This document shows, piece by piece, positions 1 through 12,279 of a DNA stretch of 64,000 nucleotides (positions are counted from its first letter, which is position 1; each line of letters starts with the position of its first letter). The notes beneath the pieces are model-generated. The model saw nothing but the letters and a program-made list of their open reading frames with translations, had not been told where the DNA came from and searched no databases. A program made the position numbers and the translations under genes. This stretch comes from Ginglymostoma cirratum (taxonomy: Eukaryota): NCBI GenBank assembly GCA_024137785.1, contig JAHRHZ010000031.1, positions 8,307,582 to 8,371,581 on the forward strand. Direction: 5' to 3'.

Positions 1-215
1 GTCACTTTAAACCTGTGTCCTTTGGTTACTGATTCTCCTGCTCAAGGAAGCAGTTTCTTTCCATTAGCTCTAATTTTGAAATGATGACATGATACCAAAA
101 TGTATGTACCAGAAAATATGAAACAGCACAAATCCCAATACAAAGTCCAAAGGGACACCACTGTACACTTCCCTCCAGTCAGATAAACTATCATTTGCCG
201 TGTTTTCTGCTTTCT
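1..215 (-). mobile_element. Highly decayed CR1 LINE remnant (RT fragment and 3' region)
   Basis: Reverse complement of about 131-190 translates as SDWREVYSGVPLDFVLG, a decayed CR1 RT motif (SGVPQGSVLG). Confidence 0.6.
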
Positions 216-1064
216 GACTCTCAGCTATTAAAAGTTAGGAAAGCTCCAGCTTTGTGCCTTAAAAGGAAATGATCAAAATGAAAGAAGGTCCTGAACCTGC
301 CATGCTTGCAGACCTTTTTTTTTTGCTTGATCTATCTGATTACAATGTGGAGCTCTTTTGAAAAATCAATCCCAGAACTCTTGTCAAATACAAGGTAAAT
401 TTTCGAGTTGATATAGGGTTGATTCAGATTTTGGGAGAATACAAACATCAGGGGTGCACGAAGACGATGTCTCCCCACTGAAATGTGTAGTCCTGGTGAC
501 TGACCAGATATAGGGTAGGAAGACCAGCCCTACATTAATCATAATGGTGGAGTTGCATAATACCTCATTCATTGTGAATGGGAAGCCAGGGAGTTTAATA
601 GAGTTGGACCAGAGGAACATCACTGCTAACACAAAAGAAGAATTTTTGATTTTGTAGATACTGAGTTTGAGGAAACATTAGCTCAACCAAAATTTGGCAT
701 CTGGCAGATTATTTGGAGAGAATAGCATTTTTCATTGCCTTGGATTTAATGGTAAATACCTCACAAATGAAAGACTTTATTAGGTTGTTATTGTAACTTA
801 CAACAGTCAATAATTTTTGATCCAAAGGGCGTGCACTGCTTTTGATGGATTTTTCCAGGCAGTAGAATCCAATAAAGCTCAGATTAATGTCTGACTATGG
901 AATTTCTTAGCTCAACAGAGTGTGTGTAGTGTCTCCATTGTTTTTAAGCTCAGTTGTTATTTGCTGTCAAAAGCCAGTCAATAAATTGGCAGATTTCCTG
1001 GAGTGAATCCCTGCTGTAACCAATGTGCTTTATAGAAAGCCTGTGAGAATCAAAGGCTAGAGAA

Positions 1065-1178
1065 TAAAGGCCCAGCTGGAATCACCTAATGAAGCACAAA
1101 CCAAGGATTAAACCTAAAACCTTACTGACCTGTATGGTTCATGATCAGAACAAACAATGGATTTACTCAAGGAGTCAT
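1065..1178 (-). mobile_element. Old tRNA-derived SINE head, UCON3-like
   Basis: Minus strand reads ...accatacaggtcagtaaggttttaggtttaatccttggtttgtgcttcattaggtgattccagctggg. It resembles the recalled UCON3 SINE head and the copy at 43110. Confidence 0.4.
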
Positions 1179-1511
1179 TTTTCAATCTTAACTTAATCAC
1201 AAACTAAATTGTTCAACATGTTTCATATTCCCGGACAAAATTTGTTCAAAGCGGATATTTCTCAAGGTGGCTTTTAATGTTAAACATGCTACAGAGTAAT
1301 GGTTTGTATTTCAGTCCATTATAAATTCCTTTGCATACAGACATTGCCTCTACTTTAAGTTGTTCTTCAGTGAGGTCAGAGTTCAAATATTCATATATTT
1401 AGGACCGGACTCCAGGTCACTCCTTGAGGTTCACAAAGCGAGACAAGCACTTTTGGTCCAACTAATAGAATCTTCTATTTGCAACGGCATCCTTCATTCA
1501 TCCAAAAGTTC

Positions 1512-3566
1512 TTTTTATTCATTTTTGTGGGTGAAGGGCTGGCTGGCCAGCATTTATTGCCCGTCTCCAGTTGCCCTCGGGAGGGTGCTGGTGAGCTGCC
1601 TTCTTGAACCACTGCAGTCCACTTTCTGGGGTTGACCCACCATGCCATTAGGGAGGGAATTCAGGATTTGACCCAGCAACAGCAAAAGAACGATACATTT
1701 TCAAGTCAGGATAGTAAGTGGCTTGGAGGGGAACTTGAAAGTAGTGGTATTCTCATGTATCTGCTGCCATTGTCCTTCTAGATGCATTTGGAGGTGCCAG
1801 TGTTGGACTGGGCGGTACAAAGTCAGATGTCTCATGACACCAGGTTATAGTCTAATAGCTTTATTTAAAATCACAAGCTTTTGGAACCCTCCTTTTTTGC
1901 CAGGTGAAGTGCCTCTCGATGGAACTGGTCGTGGGTTTGGAAGGTGCTTTCTGAGAATCTTTGGTGAATTTCTGCAGTGCATCTTGTAGATAGCACACGC
2001 TGCTGCTGCTGAGTATCGGTGATGGAGGGAGTAGATGCTTATGGATGTGGTGCCAATCAAGCAGGTTGCTTTGTGCTGGATGGCGTTGAGCTTCTTGAGA
2101 GTTGTTGGAGCAGCACCCATCCAGGCAAGTGGGGAGTATTCCATCATATGCCTGACAGATAGGCTTTGGGAAGTCAGGAGGTGAGTTATTAGCCACAGTA
2201 TTCCCAGCCTCTGAACTGCTTTTATAGCTACTGTGCCTATGATGCAAGTCCAGTTGATTAACCTCCAGGATGTTGATAGTGGGAGATTCAGTAACGGTAA
2301 TACCATTGAATGTTGAGTTCGCTGGTTAGATTGTCTCTTACTGGTGATGGTCATAGCCTGGCATTTGTGTGGTAATGGTTTAGTGGGTGATATGCTGCAT
2401 TGTGAGGTTGCAGATTGTGCTGGAGTACAATTCTGCTGCTGTTAATGGTCCGTATAGACTCATGGATGCCTCGTGATACTGCCACATGACACTATTCAGG
2501 TTATTCTTAAAGTGAAGACAGGATTTTGTCTCCAAAAGAATTGTGCAGCGGCCGTTCTTACCAAAGCTGTCATGGGCAAATTATTCTGCAGCAGGCAGAT
2601 TGATAAGGATGAGGTCGAGCATGTTTTTCCGTCTTGTTGGTCCCTTTCCCACCTGCTGCAGACCCGATCTATCAGCCATGTCCTTTAGGGCCCGGCCAGC
2701 TTGATCAGTTGTACAGCTGCCGAGTCATTCTTGGTCATGAACACTTTGTGCCCTTGTCATCCTCAGTGCTTCACTAAGTGTTGTTCAACACGGAGGAGTC
2801 CTGATTCATCAGCCAAGGGAGGATGGTAAAGGTAATCATTAGGAGGTTTCCTTGCCCATGTTTAACCTGAAGCCATAAGACTTTATGGAGTCCAGAGTTA
2901 ATGTTAAGGACTCCCAGGGCAATTCCCTCCTGACTGTACAGCACTGTGCTGCCACCTCTGCTGGGTCTATCCTGCCAGTGCGATAGGACATATCCAGGGA
3001 CGGTGATGGTGGTGCTTGGGACATTGTCTGTCAGGAATGATTCCGTGAGTATGACTACGTCAGGCTGTTGCTCGACTAGTCTGTGAGCCAGCTCTCCCAA
3101 TTTTGGCACTAATCCCCAAATGTTAGTGAGGAAGTCTTTGCAGGGTCAACAGAGTTGTTTCTGCCATTGTCTTTTCCGGTGCCTAGGTCAATGCCAGGTG
3201 ATCCATCCAGTTCCATTTCTCTGAGACTTTGTAGTGATTGGTACCAGTGAATGGCTTGCTAGGCCATTTCAGAGGGCAATTCAGAGTCAACCACATCGCT
3301 GTGGGTCTCGAGTCACACGTAGGCCAGAACAGCTGAGGATGGCAGATTTCCTTCTCTAAAGGGCATTAGTGAACCAGATGGGTTTTTCTCACAATCAACA
3401 CTAGTTTCATGGTCATCAGTAAATTCCCAACTGCAGAATTTTTTTCTATTATTGAATTCAAATTCTACTATCTGCTGTGGCAGGATTTGAACCCAGGTCC
3501 CCAAAGTATCAGCTGAGTTTCTGGATAATTAGTCTACCAATAACACCACTCGGCCATTGCCTCCCC
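1512..3566 (-). mobile_element. Non-autonomous CR1/L2-group LINE: tRNA-like head, APE endonuclease, RT core deleted, ORF C-terminus and 3' tail
   Basis: ORF 2774-3109 (PDVVILTES...PGY...DRPSRGG) is an APE endonuclease N-terminus. ORF 1845-2354 (MEYSPLAWMGAAPTTLKKLNAIQHKA) is a LINE ORF C-terminus. No YADD/FADD motif lies between them (junction near 2373). A box TGGCCGAGTGG is at 3546-3556 and B box GGTTCAAATCC at 3483-3493 on the minus strand. Confidence 0.85.
1785..1911 (-). mobile_element. Penelope-like terminal fragment (family C) nested in the LINE
   Basis: Matches 43765-43885 (ggaggtgcc...gttggactgg...caccaggttatagtc). Flanked by degenerate TSD ccttctagatg (1774-1784) and cctctcgatg (1912-1921). 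The LINE resumes after it. Confidence 0.75.
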
Positions 3567-3909
3567 TAAATGAACATTTGAATTGGTTCTTCACTTTGTA
3601 GCATTGATGCCCTGTCACAGTCTTCAAAATAGCTGTCGTACATTTGTTCGTTTCACCTCTCCGTGTATTTCGTCACACTTCAAAAATACTTATCCTATTG
3701 CAGGTTGTAGACCTTGATTGCCTCGAGGAGTGATTGCTTCTTGTGTAAGTGGGCTAAGGTATTTCATCCAGATAAATTGAACTGATTGGATGATTACTTC
3801 AAATACTGCTAATGAATACTTTTTTCCCACCCCATGAAGTATCACACCACTTCAACAGATAGGACATTAGATATATCTCGTTACTTTTGCTGCATTTAAT
3901 AATTAACGC

Positions 3910-4185
3910 TATAAGTAGGCCATATGGCCCCTCCAGCCTGCTGATATCAACTCCACTTTCCAGCTCTATCCCTTGCCGTCCAAGAGTCTAACTAGTTTTG
4001 AATATACTCAATGACAGAGCATCTAAACTACCCAGGAGAATCCCAAAGATTTACAACTATTTGTGAAAGGAAATGTCTCCTCATTTCAGTCCTACAGTGT
4101 TAACCCCTTATCCTAAGACTGGCCTCTACTTCTAGACTGTCCAGACAAATGAAATACCTCTCTGTATCTAATCTGGAAAGGTCCT
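3910..4185 (-). mobile_element. CR1 3' end fragment
   Basis: gtaggccatatggcccctccagcctgct...ctcctcatttcagtcct...ttctagact is the same CR1 3' region seen at 18878-19200. Confidence 0.6.
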
Positions 4186-4664
4186 AAGAATTTAAACAGG
4201 AAATGCTGAGTAAAACTGGAACTTTCACCCCTAGATTTTGTGCAGAAACGGTGTAGAAGTGTAAAGTAGAAGCAAGTTCCCATGCTAAACAATCATGTGC
4301 TCACTACATGAGATGTTTTATGAGGTAATTATTCTGGAAGATTAAAATTGGAGCTTCCACAATCTGATTATGTTGTACATGCTTGGCAGGGGAAAAAGCG
4401 GAGCAACTTACATCTTGAATAGGGAAGGCATATATCCTAGAAAGTCTTAGTAATAAAATATCTCTTGCAAATACAACTTGTACCTGATTGCTGACATGCA
4501 GTAAACCACATCATGTTTAAGTCCAGAGTCTCTTGTTAAAATTCTCTTCCTGACAGCAAATTACTCCACTCACAAGCTGCAGGATATTAACATCACTCTA
4601 CATTACAAACCAACTTTTCAGCCAACTCACTTAACTGACCCACAGCACTTAAGTTTTTTTCTTA

Positions 4665-4785
4665 CTTTACTCATGAGACATGGGCACCGGTGGCTAGGCA
4701 ACATTTAATGCCCATCCCTAGTTGCCCCTGAGAAGGTGGTGTGGTGAGCTGCCTTCTTGAGCATCTGCAATCAATATGCTATAAA
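4665..4785 (-). mobile_element. 3' tail of the LINE family at 1512-3566
   Basis: catttaatgcccatccctagttgcccctgagaaggtggt...gtgagctgccttcttga is near-identical to 1545-1607. Confidence 0.75.
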
Positions 4786-4934
4786 TTGATGATAAATGAC
4801 TTAATAATAAAAACTCTTACTTCAGATCTAGTAAGGAGTACCGATGCAAGTGTGAACTAAGGGCCAACCACACCTGTCAGTTACAAATTCTGTGGGGAAG
4901 TGAAAATCTGTAATGATAATCTCAAGTAGAAGTT

Positions 4935-5340
4935 CAACTTGGAAATGAATAGGATATCCGAGTAAAGTTAAAAATCTCAATTGGACAAAGGATGAAAATT
5001 TTTAATTAATAAACTGAATAAACTGAGAAGGCTAGAAGTCAAAGAGGAGTACTGACATCTTACAAGCATTGTTGTCATAGTGAGTGGATACCACAGGGCA
5101 CAGTTGCAATAAGGAAATCCATAGCCGAAGAAGTAATATACACCGAGCTTACAGCACCTCTTACATTGTGAAACCAGAAGACAACAACAGGGCAATTTAA
5201 GTGTTTAAAAGAAGATGGGAAGACTGTCGAGGTTCAGCTAAGAGTGTAGGCCTAGAATTTAAATAGTGGTTCAGGTGGGAAGAATTTATCAGGGACACAG
5301 GCACCAAGGACTAAGAAAGGTTAACAACTGGAAGATTAAC
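4935..5340 (+). mobile_element. Decayed CR1 linker/RT fragment
   Basis: Decayed KSPGPDG-like and LFKKG-like segments (gtgtttaaaagaag) followed by gttcagctaa...gtggga. Confidence 0.4.
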
Positions 5341-5612
5341 TGGAATTGTGAAGTGTGTACTTTAACTAGCTAAGATTATGTTACTTTTCAGAACAGTAAA
5401 GGGAATACTTCATAAGACAGAGTGGCATGAGAAACATACAGGGGAAACTGTCTACTGTCAACCCACAGATTGGTCCAGCTGCAGTTTATATCTTGAACTA
5501 CAGAATTTGTTTTCCCTGTCTACATATTTCCACTCATAATAATTTTTGCTGGTTTTATTTATGAACGAACGAGTGTGCGTTTAGTGTTTTAAAGGAGTAT
5601 TGCTCACATTAA

Positions 5613-5836
5613 GGGTCAGTTAGTTCTGTTGGCTAGACAGCTAGTTTGTCATGTAGAGTGATGCCATTGTGTTGGATCAATTCCCCCACTCTCTGAGGTT
5701 ACCATGAAGGACATTCCTTCTCAACCTCTCCCCTTGCGTGAGGCATGGTGCCCATCACGTTAAATCACCACCAGTCATCTCTAATGAGAAAGCAGTCCTA
5801 TGATCTGGTAGGAACGTGGCAACTTTACCTTTTACT
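5613..5836 (+). mobile_element. tRNA-derived SINE (second copy at 25863-26088)
   Basis: Head gttagttctgttgg...ggatcaattccc, body ctgaggttaccatgaagg...ttctcaacctc, tail actttacctttt. Colinear with 25863-26088. Confidence 0.7.
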
Positions 5837-5989
5837 TGGCTTTAGTTTCAGAGTAGTAGTAATCAATTTTTTACTATTGCTAAAGAAAAAGTTTGCAATA
5901 AATAATGTTATTTTCTTGTTAATTACAAAACTGGATTAAAGTTTTTTTTGCCCTGAATAGTCGTCCATCAAGGAAATTGATCACCTTAG

Positions 5990-6090
5990 GTAGATAAACA
6001 GGAAGCTGGAAGAGCATAGCAAGCCAGGCAGCATCTGGAGGGAAGGAGAAATCAACTTTTTGAGTATAACACTTCTTTTCCTCTCCAACC
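5990..6090 (-). mobile_element. Short Penelope-like terminal insertion
   Basis: gctggaagagcatagcaagccaggcagcatctggag resembles the other Penelope-like arms. TSD aaattgatcacc(t/c)tag at 5974-5989 and 6091-6106 (15/16 identical). Confidence 0.7.
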
Positions 6091-6296
6091 AAATTGATCA
6101 CCCTAGTGGTTTCATTGGAACATAAGAACTAAGTGTGGAGAAGGCAATTCAGCCCCTCGAGTCTGCTCCACCATTTGGTATTTCAACATTTGCGATGGCT
6201 TGTGGAATAATCAGGTTTGATTATCAACACATTCTTTCCAATTGGGTCATGATGCACTCTAAAGGCAAATGTGATAAACCAGGGAGGTATTCATGT

Positions 6297-6496
6297 GATA
6301 TAACAAGGTGTAGAGCTGGATGAACACAGCAGGCCAAGCAGCATCAGAGGAGCAAGAAAGCTGACGTTTCGGGTCTGGACCCTTCTTCAGAAATGGGGGG
6401 GAGGGGAAGGAGATTCTGAAATAAATAGAGAGGGGGAGGTGGATGGAAGAAGGATAAAGGAGCTGATAGGTGGAGAGGAGACAGGCAGTTTTCTGA
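6297..6496 (-). mobile_element. Penelope-like terminal insertion (family A), single arm
   Basis: Matches the left arm of 47984-48190. Exact 10-bp TSD gtattcatgt at 6287-6296 and 6497-6506. Confidence 0.85.
6363..6390 (-). ncRNA. Minimal hammerhead ribozyme core (family A)
   Basis: Minus strand reads CTGAAGA-A-GGGT-CCAG-ACCC-GAAA-CG-TC: intact catalytic boxes, perfect stem II, palindromic ACGT stem III. Stem I is weak (2 bp). Confidence 0.6.
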
Positions 6497-7220
6497 GTAT
6501 TCATGTAATGGTTCTATGCCTACTGGCCGAAAGGTAACCAACTTTGAATCTTGTAAAAACCCTTCTAATTCATTAAAATATTTTTGGCAAAGGAAATCTT
6601 CCACCCTTATCTAGTCTGGTACCTGACAGGAACACTTAAGTATAGTTGCTCACTGGTATTATTTCGAAGGGTGGCCAGACTGAAGGCCCATTGTGTTGGC
6701 CATGAAAACCTAAGTTGTACTGAGAGCATTCCATGATTGTGAATCACTTACTGGTTTTTGATGAAAAGTTAGTTATATCAGCTTCACCATGGAATGTATC
6801 TGAGGTAACATACATGAGGGGCACTTAGGGATCAGCAAGTCCAGAGCCAGGATTTGGTCTTCAGTGTTGTAGTGAGGAATAGAATAGAACAGAACATCCT
6901 TCATTGTCATGTGTATTCAAGTACGGGATCTCAAATGAGATTGAGGACCTTGTAACAGATTGTGAAATTTGAGCTTGAGCAGTGACTTTGAGTAATAAAA
7001 CATCACCACAGTTGTAGGTTTTAGGATCTTACATGAACCATTTACCTAATGTGGTCATGTCAGATAATAAATCACAGTTTTCTGAGGCTTTCAGCCATTT
7101 TTTAGCATTTCTGGTATTTAACATCGAAATAGCTTCCCAATGTATCCACAGTGAAATGGAGAAGCTGAGTGTGGGGTTCAGGTGTTCAAGTTCTTTGAGA
7201 AGAAAAATGATAACTTTTGT

Positions 7221-7523
7221 GGGTGGCACAGTGGTTAGCACTGCTGCCTCACAGTACCAAGGACCCAGGTTCGATTCCAGCCTCGGGCGACTGTCAGTGT
7301 GGAGTTTGTAGGTTCTCCCCGTGTCTGCATGGGTTTCCTTCGGGTGCTCCCACAGTCCAAAGATGTGCAGGCTAGGTGGATTGGCCGTGGTAAATTGCCC
7401 GTAGTGTTCAGGGAGGTGTGGATTAGGTGGATATAGGGGGATGGGTCTGGGTGGGATGCTGTGAGGTTCGGTGTGGACTTGTTGGGCCAAAGGGCCTGTT
7501 TCCACACTGTAGGGATTCTATGA
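7221..7523 (+). mobile_element. HE1-type V-SINE
   Basis: tRNA-like head gtggttagcactgctgcctcacag...ggttcgattcc, V-domain gtgtggagtttg...ttctccccgtgtctgc, CR1-like tail ccacactgtagggattctatg. Confidence 0.9.
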
Positions 7524-7674
7524 TGTGGAGTTCCATGATGTTACTGATCCACCCCAGTCCAATATGGCTTATCACCATCAAAGTTGCTAAGGGGCATAAA
7601 ATTGAAGACTCAACGCCCTGTCCTAAACAGAAAAGTTGATTCCACAGTTAAATCCATGGGTCTACAACAATGTA

Positions 7675-9040
7675 CAGGGGTTTTGCTTTAACACAAGTTC
7701 TGACAATGCAAATTGGCTATAACATGATTGACAAATAGAGGATCGCTATTTCTAAAACGCAAACTTGTGTTGGCTTTAAGGCGATTCCATCGGTGGCCTT
7801 ATTGTTGATGTTTTGGAAGATGTTTATAGAAAGTAGTACAGGATAAAAAAAACTGGATTTCAAGATTGTCTTCATTGTGGAAAATGCGCCAAGCCATCCT
7901 CACACCATTGGTGAGATTTTTGAAATCATCAAAGTGCTATTTCTACCCCCAAACACAATCCCTCTCCTTCAACCCATGGACCAGGGTGCAATAGCAGCTT
8001 TTAAAGCTTTTTATTTAAAGCACACTTTTAAGAGGCTGAATGCAGTCACTGAGGGGGATAAGGACAGTGTTCTTCAATTTTGGAAGAGCTTTAATATCAA
8101 GAATGCCATTGACGATATCGTGGAAGCCTGGGAAGATGTCAGTAAGGACTGCTTACATGCAGTTTGGTGGCAGCTTCTCCCAGATTTTTTTCAAGATTTT
8201 AAAGGCTTCGATCCGTCAGAGGAGATCCCAAGAATCAAAGACATTGCATTGATCTTACAAAGCAATTTGAATTTGAAGAAGTGGAGAGTGAGGATGTTGA
8301 AGAGCTGCTCGAGTCCCACTGTGAAGACCTCTCAACAGCTGACCTACAAAAACTTGTTGCTGAGGGGGAAGTGGAAGCCGAAGGTGTAGATGATGAAGTA
8401 CACGAGAGCTTTCCATTCTATTTTGTCTTCTATCCTGAGAGAAGTTGAGAAGCAGTGGTAGCTCTTAGAGGACAACTATTACAATGCAGAATGCAGCAGC
8501 ATAGCAGTTTGTGGAATGAGATCTTATTTGGCACCCTCTGAACAGCTTCATCATGAAAGAAGGAAAAGGGCAAAGCAGCAAAAACTGGATGTCTTTTTTA
8601 AGCCAAACTCCAAGAAACAGTCAGAAGATGATGAACCACAGCTATCCCCTTCTGGATTGACAATTTTTCACCCTAACCCTGCAACCACAACTGCACCTGA
8701 AGGTGATGATGATGATGATAATGATGATCCTTCGCTCCTGCATTAACAACAGAGCAACCTCAAAACCTCCTCCTCCATCAAGTTATCTTGATTTTTTTTC
8801 AAGATAAGGTGTTAAATTTGCTTTTATTTCATTATTAGATACAAATTAAACATTTGTTCAAACTGTGCTGTCCTTTGTGTTAGGTTTTTGAGTGATTTTT
8901 GAGCAATTTTGAGTGATTTTGTTTTTGGTGGTCTGCCCCTAACCCAACTTTTCCCATAGACCCCTTTATTTCTACAGCATGATTTTCTATAACGCGATAT
9001 TGTGCAGGAAGACAACGATTGCATTTTAGCAAAACCCCCA
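7675..9040 (+). mobile_element. Tigger/pogo DNA transposon, internally deleted
   Basis: TIRs caggggttttgct (7675) and agcaaaaccccca (ending 9040), each flanked by TA (7673-7674 and 9041-9042). Contains a DDE_1 transposase remnant. Confidence 0.85.
7850..8746 (+). pseudogene. Tigger/pogo (CENP-B-like DDE_1) transposase C-terminal half, frameshifted
   Basis: FKIVFIVENAPSHP...VLFLPPNTIPLLQPMDQGAIAAFK...AWEDV. After a frameshift near 8250 it continues EEVESEDVEELLESH...QQKLDVFFK. No N-terminal HTH domains, and the DNA-P aspartate reads as Glu. Confidence 0.85.
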
Positions 9041-10046
9041 TACATAAGAAAGAACATTTTCACCGAGAGCATCAAGCTACCCATTATAATTGATATCATT
9101 GTGCATGATGGTTGACAGACTTCGGACAAGAGCAACAGGTATGGATATGGAACCTTAACAGGAAAGGTACAGCACGAGATCCTGCAAACAAGCAGCAGTT
9201 GTGTATGGTTTGTACAGCTGAGGGAGTGGTACAAAGGAATACTTATAACCTTGTCTCGTTGCAAAACAATTGTCTGCAAAACTCATTGGGACAAATCCAG
9301 TGAAGGACATTGAGATGGCAATGATTTACATAACTCACAAGAACAGAATCAAGGCCAAAGACCGACCAATATTCTAAGTCTGAAGAGACAGTGTTTTAAA
9401 AGAACTGGAATATCTCCAGACTACTTCAATTTGTGATGTCAGAGAAATGAAGGGAGTGGTAAAGCATCATGGTACAGATGACGAGATACATGAAGGTATG
9501 AATGTTAACAACGGGGATAAAATCTTTGGGGGAGATGTTGTATTTAATAAATATTTCCGAAAAGGGTAGCTGATGAAGACTTCAATAAACTGCACCTAAT
9601 CTGATGATGTCATACTGTTTTGCGTGGAGATAAGGCAAAATAGCTTCAGATCTCGTGAATTGAAAACATTTACCCGAGGGCTCCCCAAAGTCTTAGTATC
9701 AACATGCATCTTGCGAATGTAACCTGATTGCTAAGTTTCTATAAACTACATTGGTGTTTAAGGCAAGAGTTTCTTCTCATTAAGACTCACTTGGTGACAG
9801 CAAACTGCTTCAAACAAAATGGTGCTTGTGAGTGCTAACTCAAAATATACGACAAGAAGCAGACACACAGGCATTTATGGAACAGATGAAAATAATATGC
9901 CAAGTATGTTAAACTCTCACACCATTTTGAGACTTTAATTACTTTTTTCACAACACACAGACCAGATTTGACGAGCAGGTGGTAGGGGAAACTTTAACCT
10001 CGAAGAACATGAAATGGACAGCGTTGATTGGCCATCTATTATATAT

Positions 10047-11104
10047 TGTTTCAAATTCTGGATCATGATTTGTATGTTTCTGTACGTAAGTTTTAGTTTT
10101 AGGGATTAGGAATTAAAGCTAACAGTAGGAAATGGGATAGATGTAACTGAAGCACATTGACAAGGTGGGGACCATGTTCCTTTTAGAGATTAACACTTAG
10201 AATGGTAGAATTAGAAACAACAGCTGAGCCTCCTGAGCTGGTGCCTACACTGCTGGAAGCACTGACAGTCCAGAGAGATTATGTGTTTGAGCAGTTAAAA
10301 TTAAAGAGATAAAATTAGTCAGTGAATGCTGACATGCAGTAAAATCCATTTACTTCATTGGATCAAACAAGAAATTGTACTTAATTTAAAACTGAAGACA
10401 ACCCAGATCAGGAGAAGTCATCATGATGATGTGTGGAGTTTAAGAAGTTTCAATGGTGTCATGTTATTAGGTGTATTTTATTTTGGGAGAAATTACTTGC
10501 AGCTGGGAGTGCCTCCAGCATTTTAAGCAGACTCCAAATGATTGGATGAACACATTCGCATGTCATGGAAAAAAATGAGGGATAGAAAGAAACCCAAGGA
10601 TCCATTGATAGTTCAGTGCAGGTGAGAGAGTGGGGTGAAGTAAGTTCTAATTAGATGTTTGAGAGCAGTCTCAAAGGTTCTGGAGAAACTGGGTTTTCAG
10701 AGAAGCAATTGAACTTTGAAGCAGTCCAGGTTGGAGATGTTTTGAGGCTGTTCTAAAGATAAGCCTTCAAAAGTGAAGAACTGGAAACCCTTGCAAAAGA
10801 TGTGGGGCTTGAATGAGATTTGGTGATTCACAATGTCAATAATATATCGGTGGGATTTGTCTTGACAACACCTAACATTGAAAGTGCCATCTATAGAGTG
10901 TTCGACTACAGCTTGTCCATCAATGCATATTTACCCTTGTTAATCCCGAATGATGATAGCCAAGTTGTATACATAGTGTACATGATTCAGAATCATTATC
11001 TGCTCAGCATATCAATTTCACTGTTATTGCCTATGTTTGATTTGTTTGAGGCTATATAATAAAGATTTTGTGGCATTTCAATTCAACCCTGGGATCATAA
11101 AACA
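10047..11104 (+). mobile_element. Possible solo LTR-like element
   Basis: Starts TGTT and ends gggatcataaaaca with AATAAA at 11058-11063. The 3' terminus resembles gtgatcataaca at 22745-22756. No TSD confirmed. Confidence 0.3.
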
Positions 11105-12279
11105 CGTTGCTGTTTTTATCAGGTCAAGGTTATTTCACAATTAATAAGTTAGATTTTGTCAACAGCATATCATTCCTGATGGTAACCAGAACACAATGCC
11201 ACCTCTGCCTCTTTTTGCCTTTTCCTTTAGATTATAATTAAAATTCTAAATGCCAGCAGTATACACACAAATCACATGTAGCCTGACAGGTGTGGAAGCT
11301 TTCCTTGGTGAAACTGCCATAAACTGACAATGTTACATCTACATGCAGCCTATTTAAATGTCTCCTGGTCAAACAGGGATGCTCTGCATCCCATCGTGAC
11401 ATTCTCACTCAACCCCACTGCTTTCAACTTAAAAGACCTGAAAGCACAATTGTGGCACATGCATTTTCCAAAATTAGGGTTCAATTATAAACATATCACA
11501 TAACATTGGTTTTGTTTTATTCAACAGTGCAACATCATTACTTGTTGAGACTAGCTTTGGCAGAGAGCTAACATAGTGGCATTTCTTATAGTTGATACAC
11601 ATTGATACTTAGAGGGAGCTCAGCACATTTCTTTCATTATGGGAGGAATTTCAATGTTCACTCTTTATAGAATGCTCACATTGTTGACTAATGTTATAGT
11701 CTCCACTCTGTAGGATATAGCTGAACGGACACATACAGCTGGCCCTCCCTTATAGGTGTTGTAAAGGACACTGTTGAAAACAATTGCAGAAGGACTAACA
11801 TATTTTTCTTGCATTGACTAACTCATTTCACATGTCCAAACTGCTGAATGATGGACCCTTTGCATTTTAAGCTTTCATGCCCCAAACCCACCACATGTCC
11901 TTTCCTGTATCCCTCTTTCAATTCTCCAAACTCTCAACCACAAAATCCCTCATCACTGCTAGTCCAGGAATTTGTATGCCAGAGTGCCTTAATATGCTCT
12001 CCATACTGTGGCATAGAATTAGAGTTAAAGAAGCAAAGCCACTGATCTTACACACAATTGCACAAAGCCTACAGGTGCATGCCAATTTTCACCAATCATG
12101 CACTGGATGGCGCAAGATTTTCATGCAGAACTGATTTTAAACAGTTTCAACAATCATGAAACAGTTTTCATTGAAGTGCTACCTTCAAGATGATGACCAT
12201 ATATAAAATAACAATGTATTACAACTTTGGGCACGCCGCAGACCAACACAAACATACCAATGACTTTATTACTGCAACT

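Noticed and set aside
384-632. 82-aa ORF as an exon
   Set aside because: No recognisable homology, a non-ATG start and no convincing splice signals.
3483-3566. tRNA gene
   Set aside because: A and B boxes are present, but the spacing is extended, no clean cloverleaf forms, and it continues into repeat body. It is a retroelement head, as are the HE1 heads.
7029-7505. 158-aa ORF and similar ORFs at 17659, 45977 and 51326
   Set aside because: Translations of HE1 SINE copies. The recurring peptides reflect the repeat, not a gene family.
4489-10343. Exact 17-mer tgctgacatgcagtaaa at 4489-4505 and 10327-10343
   Set aside because: The flanks do not extend the match, and one such match is plausible by chance in a window this size.
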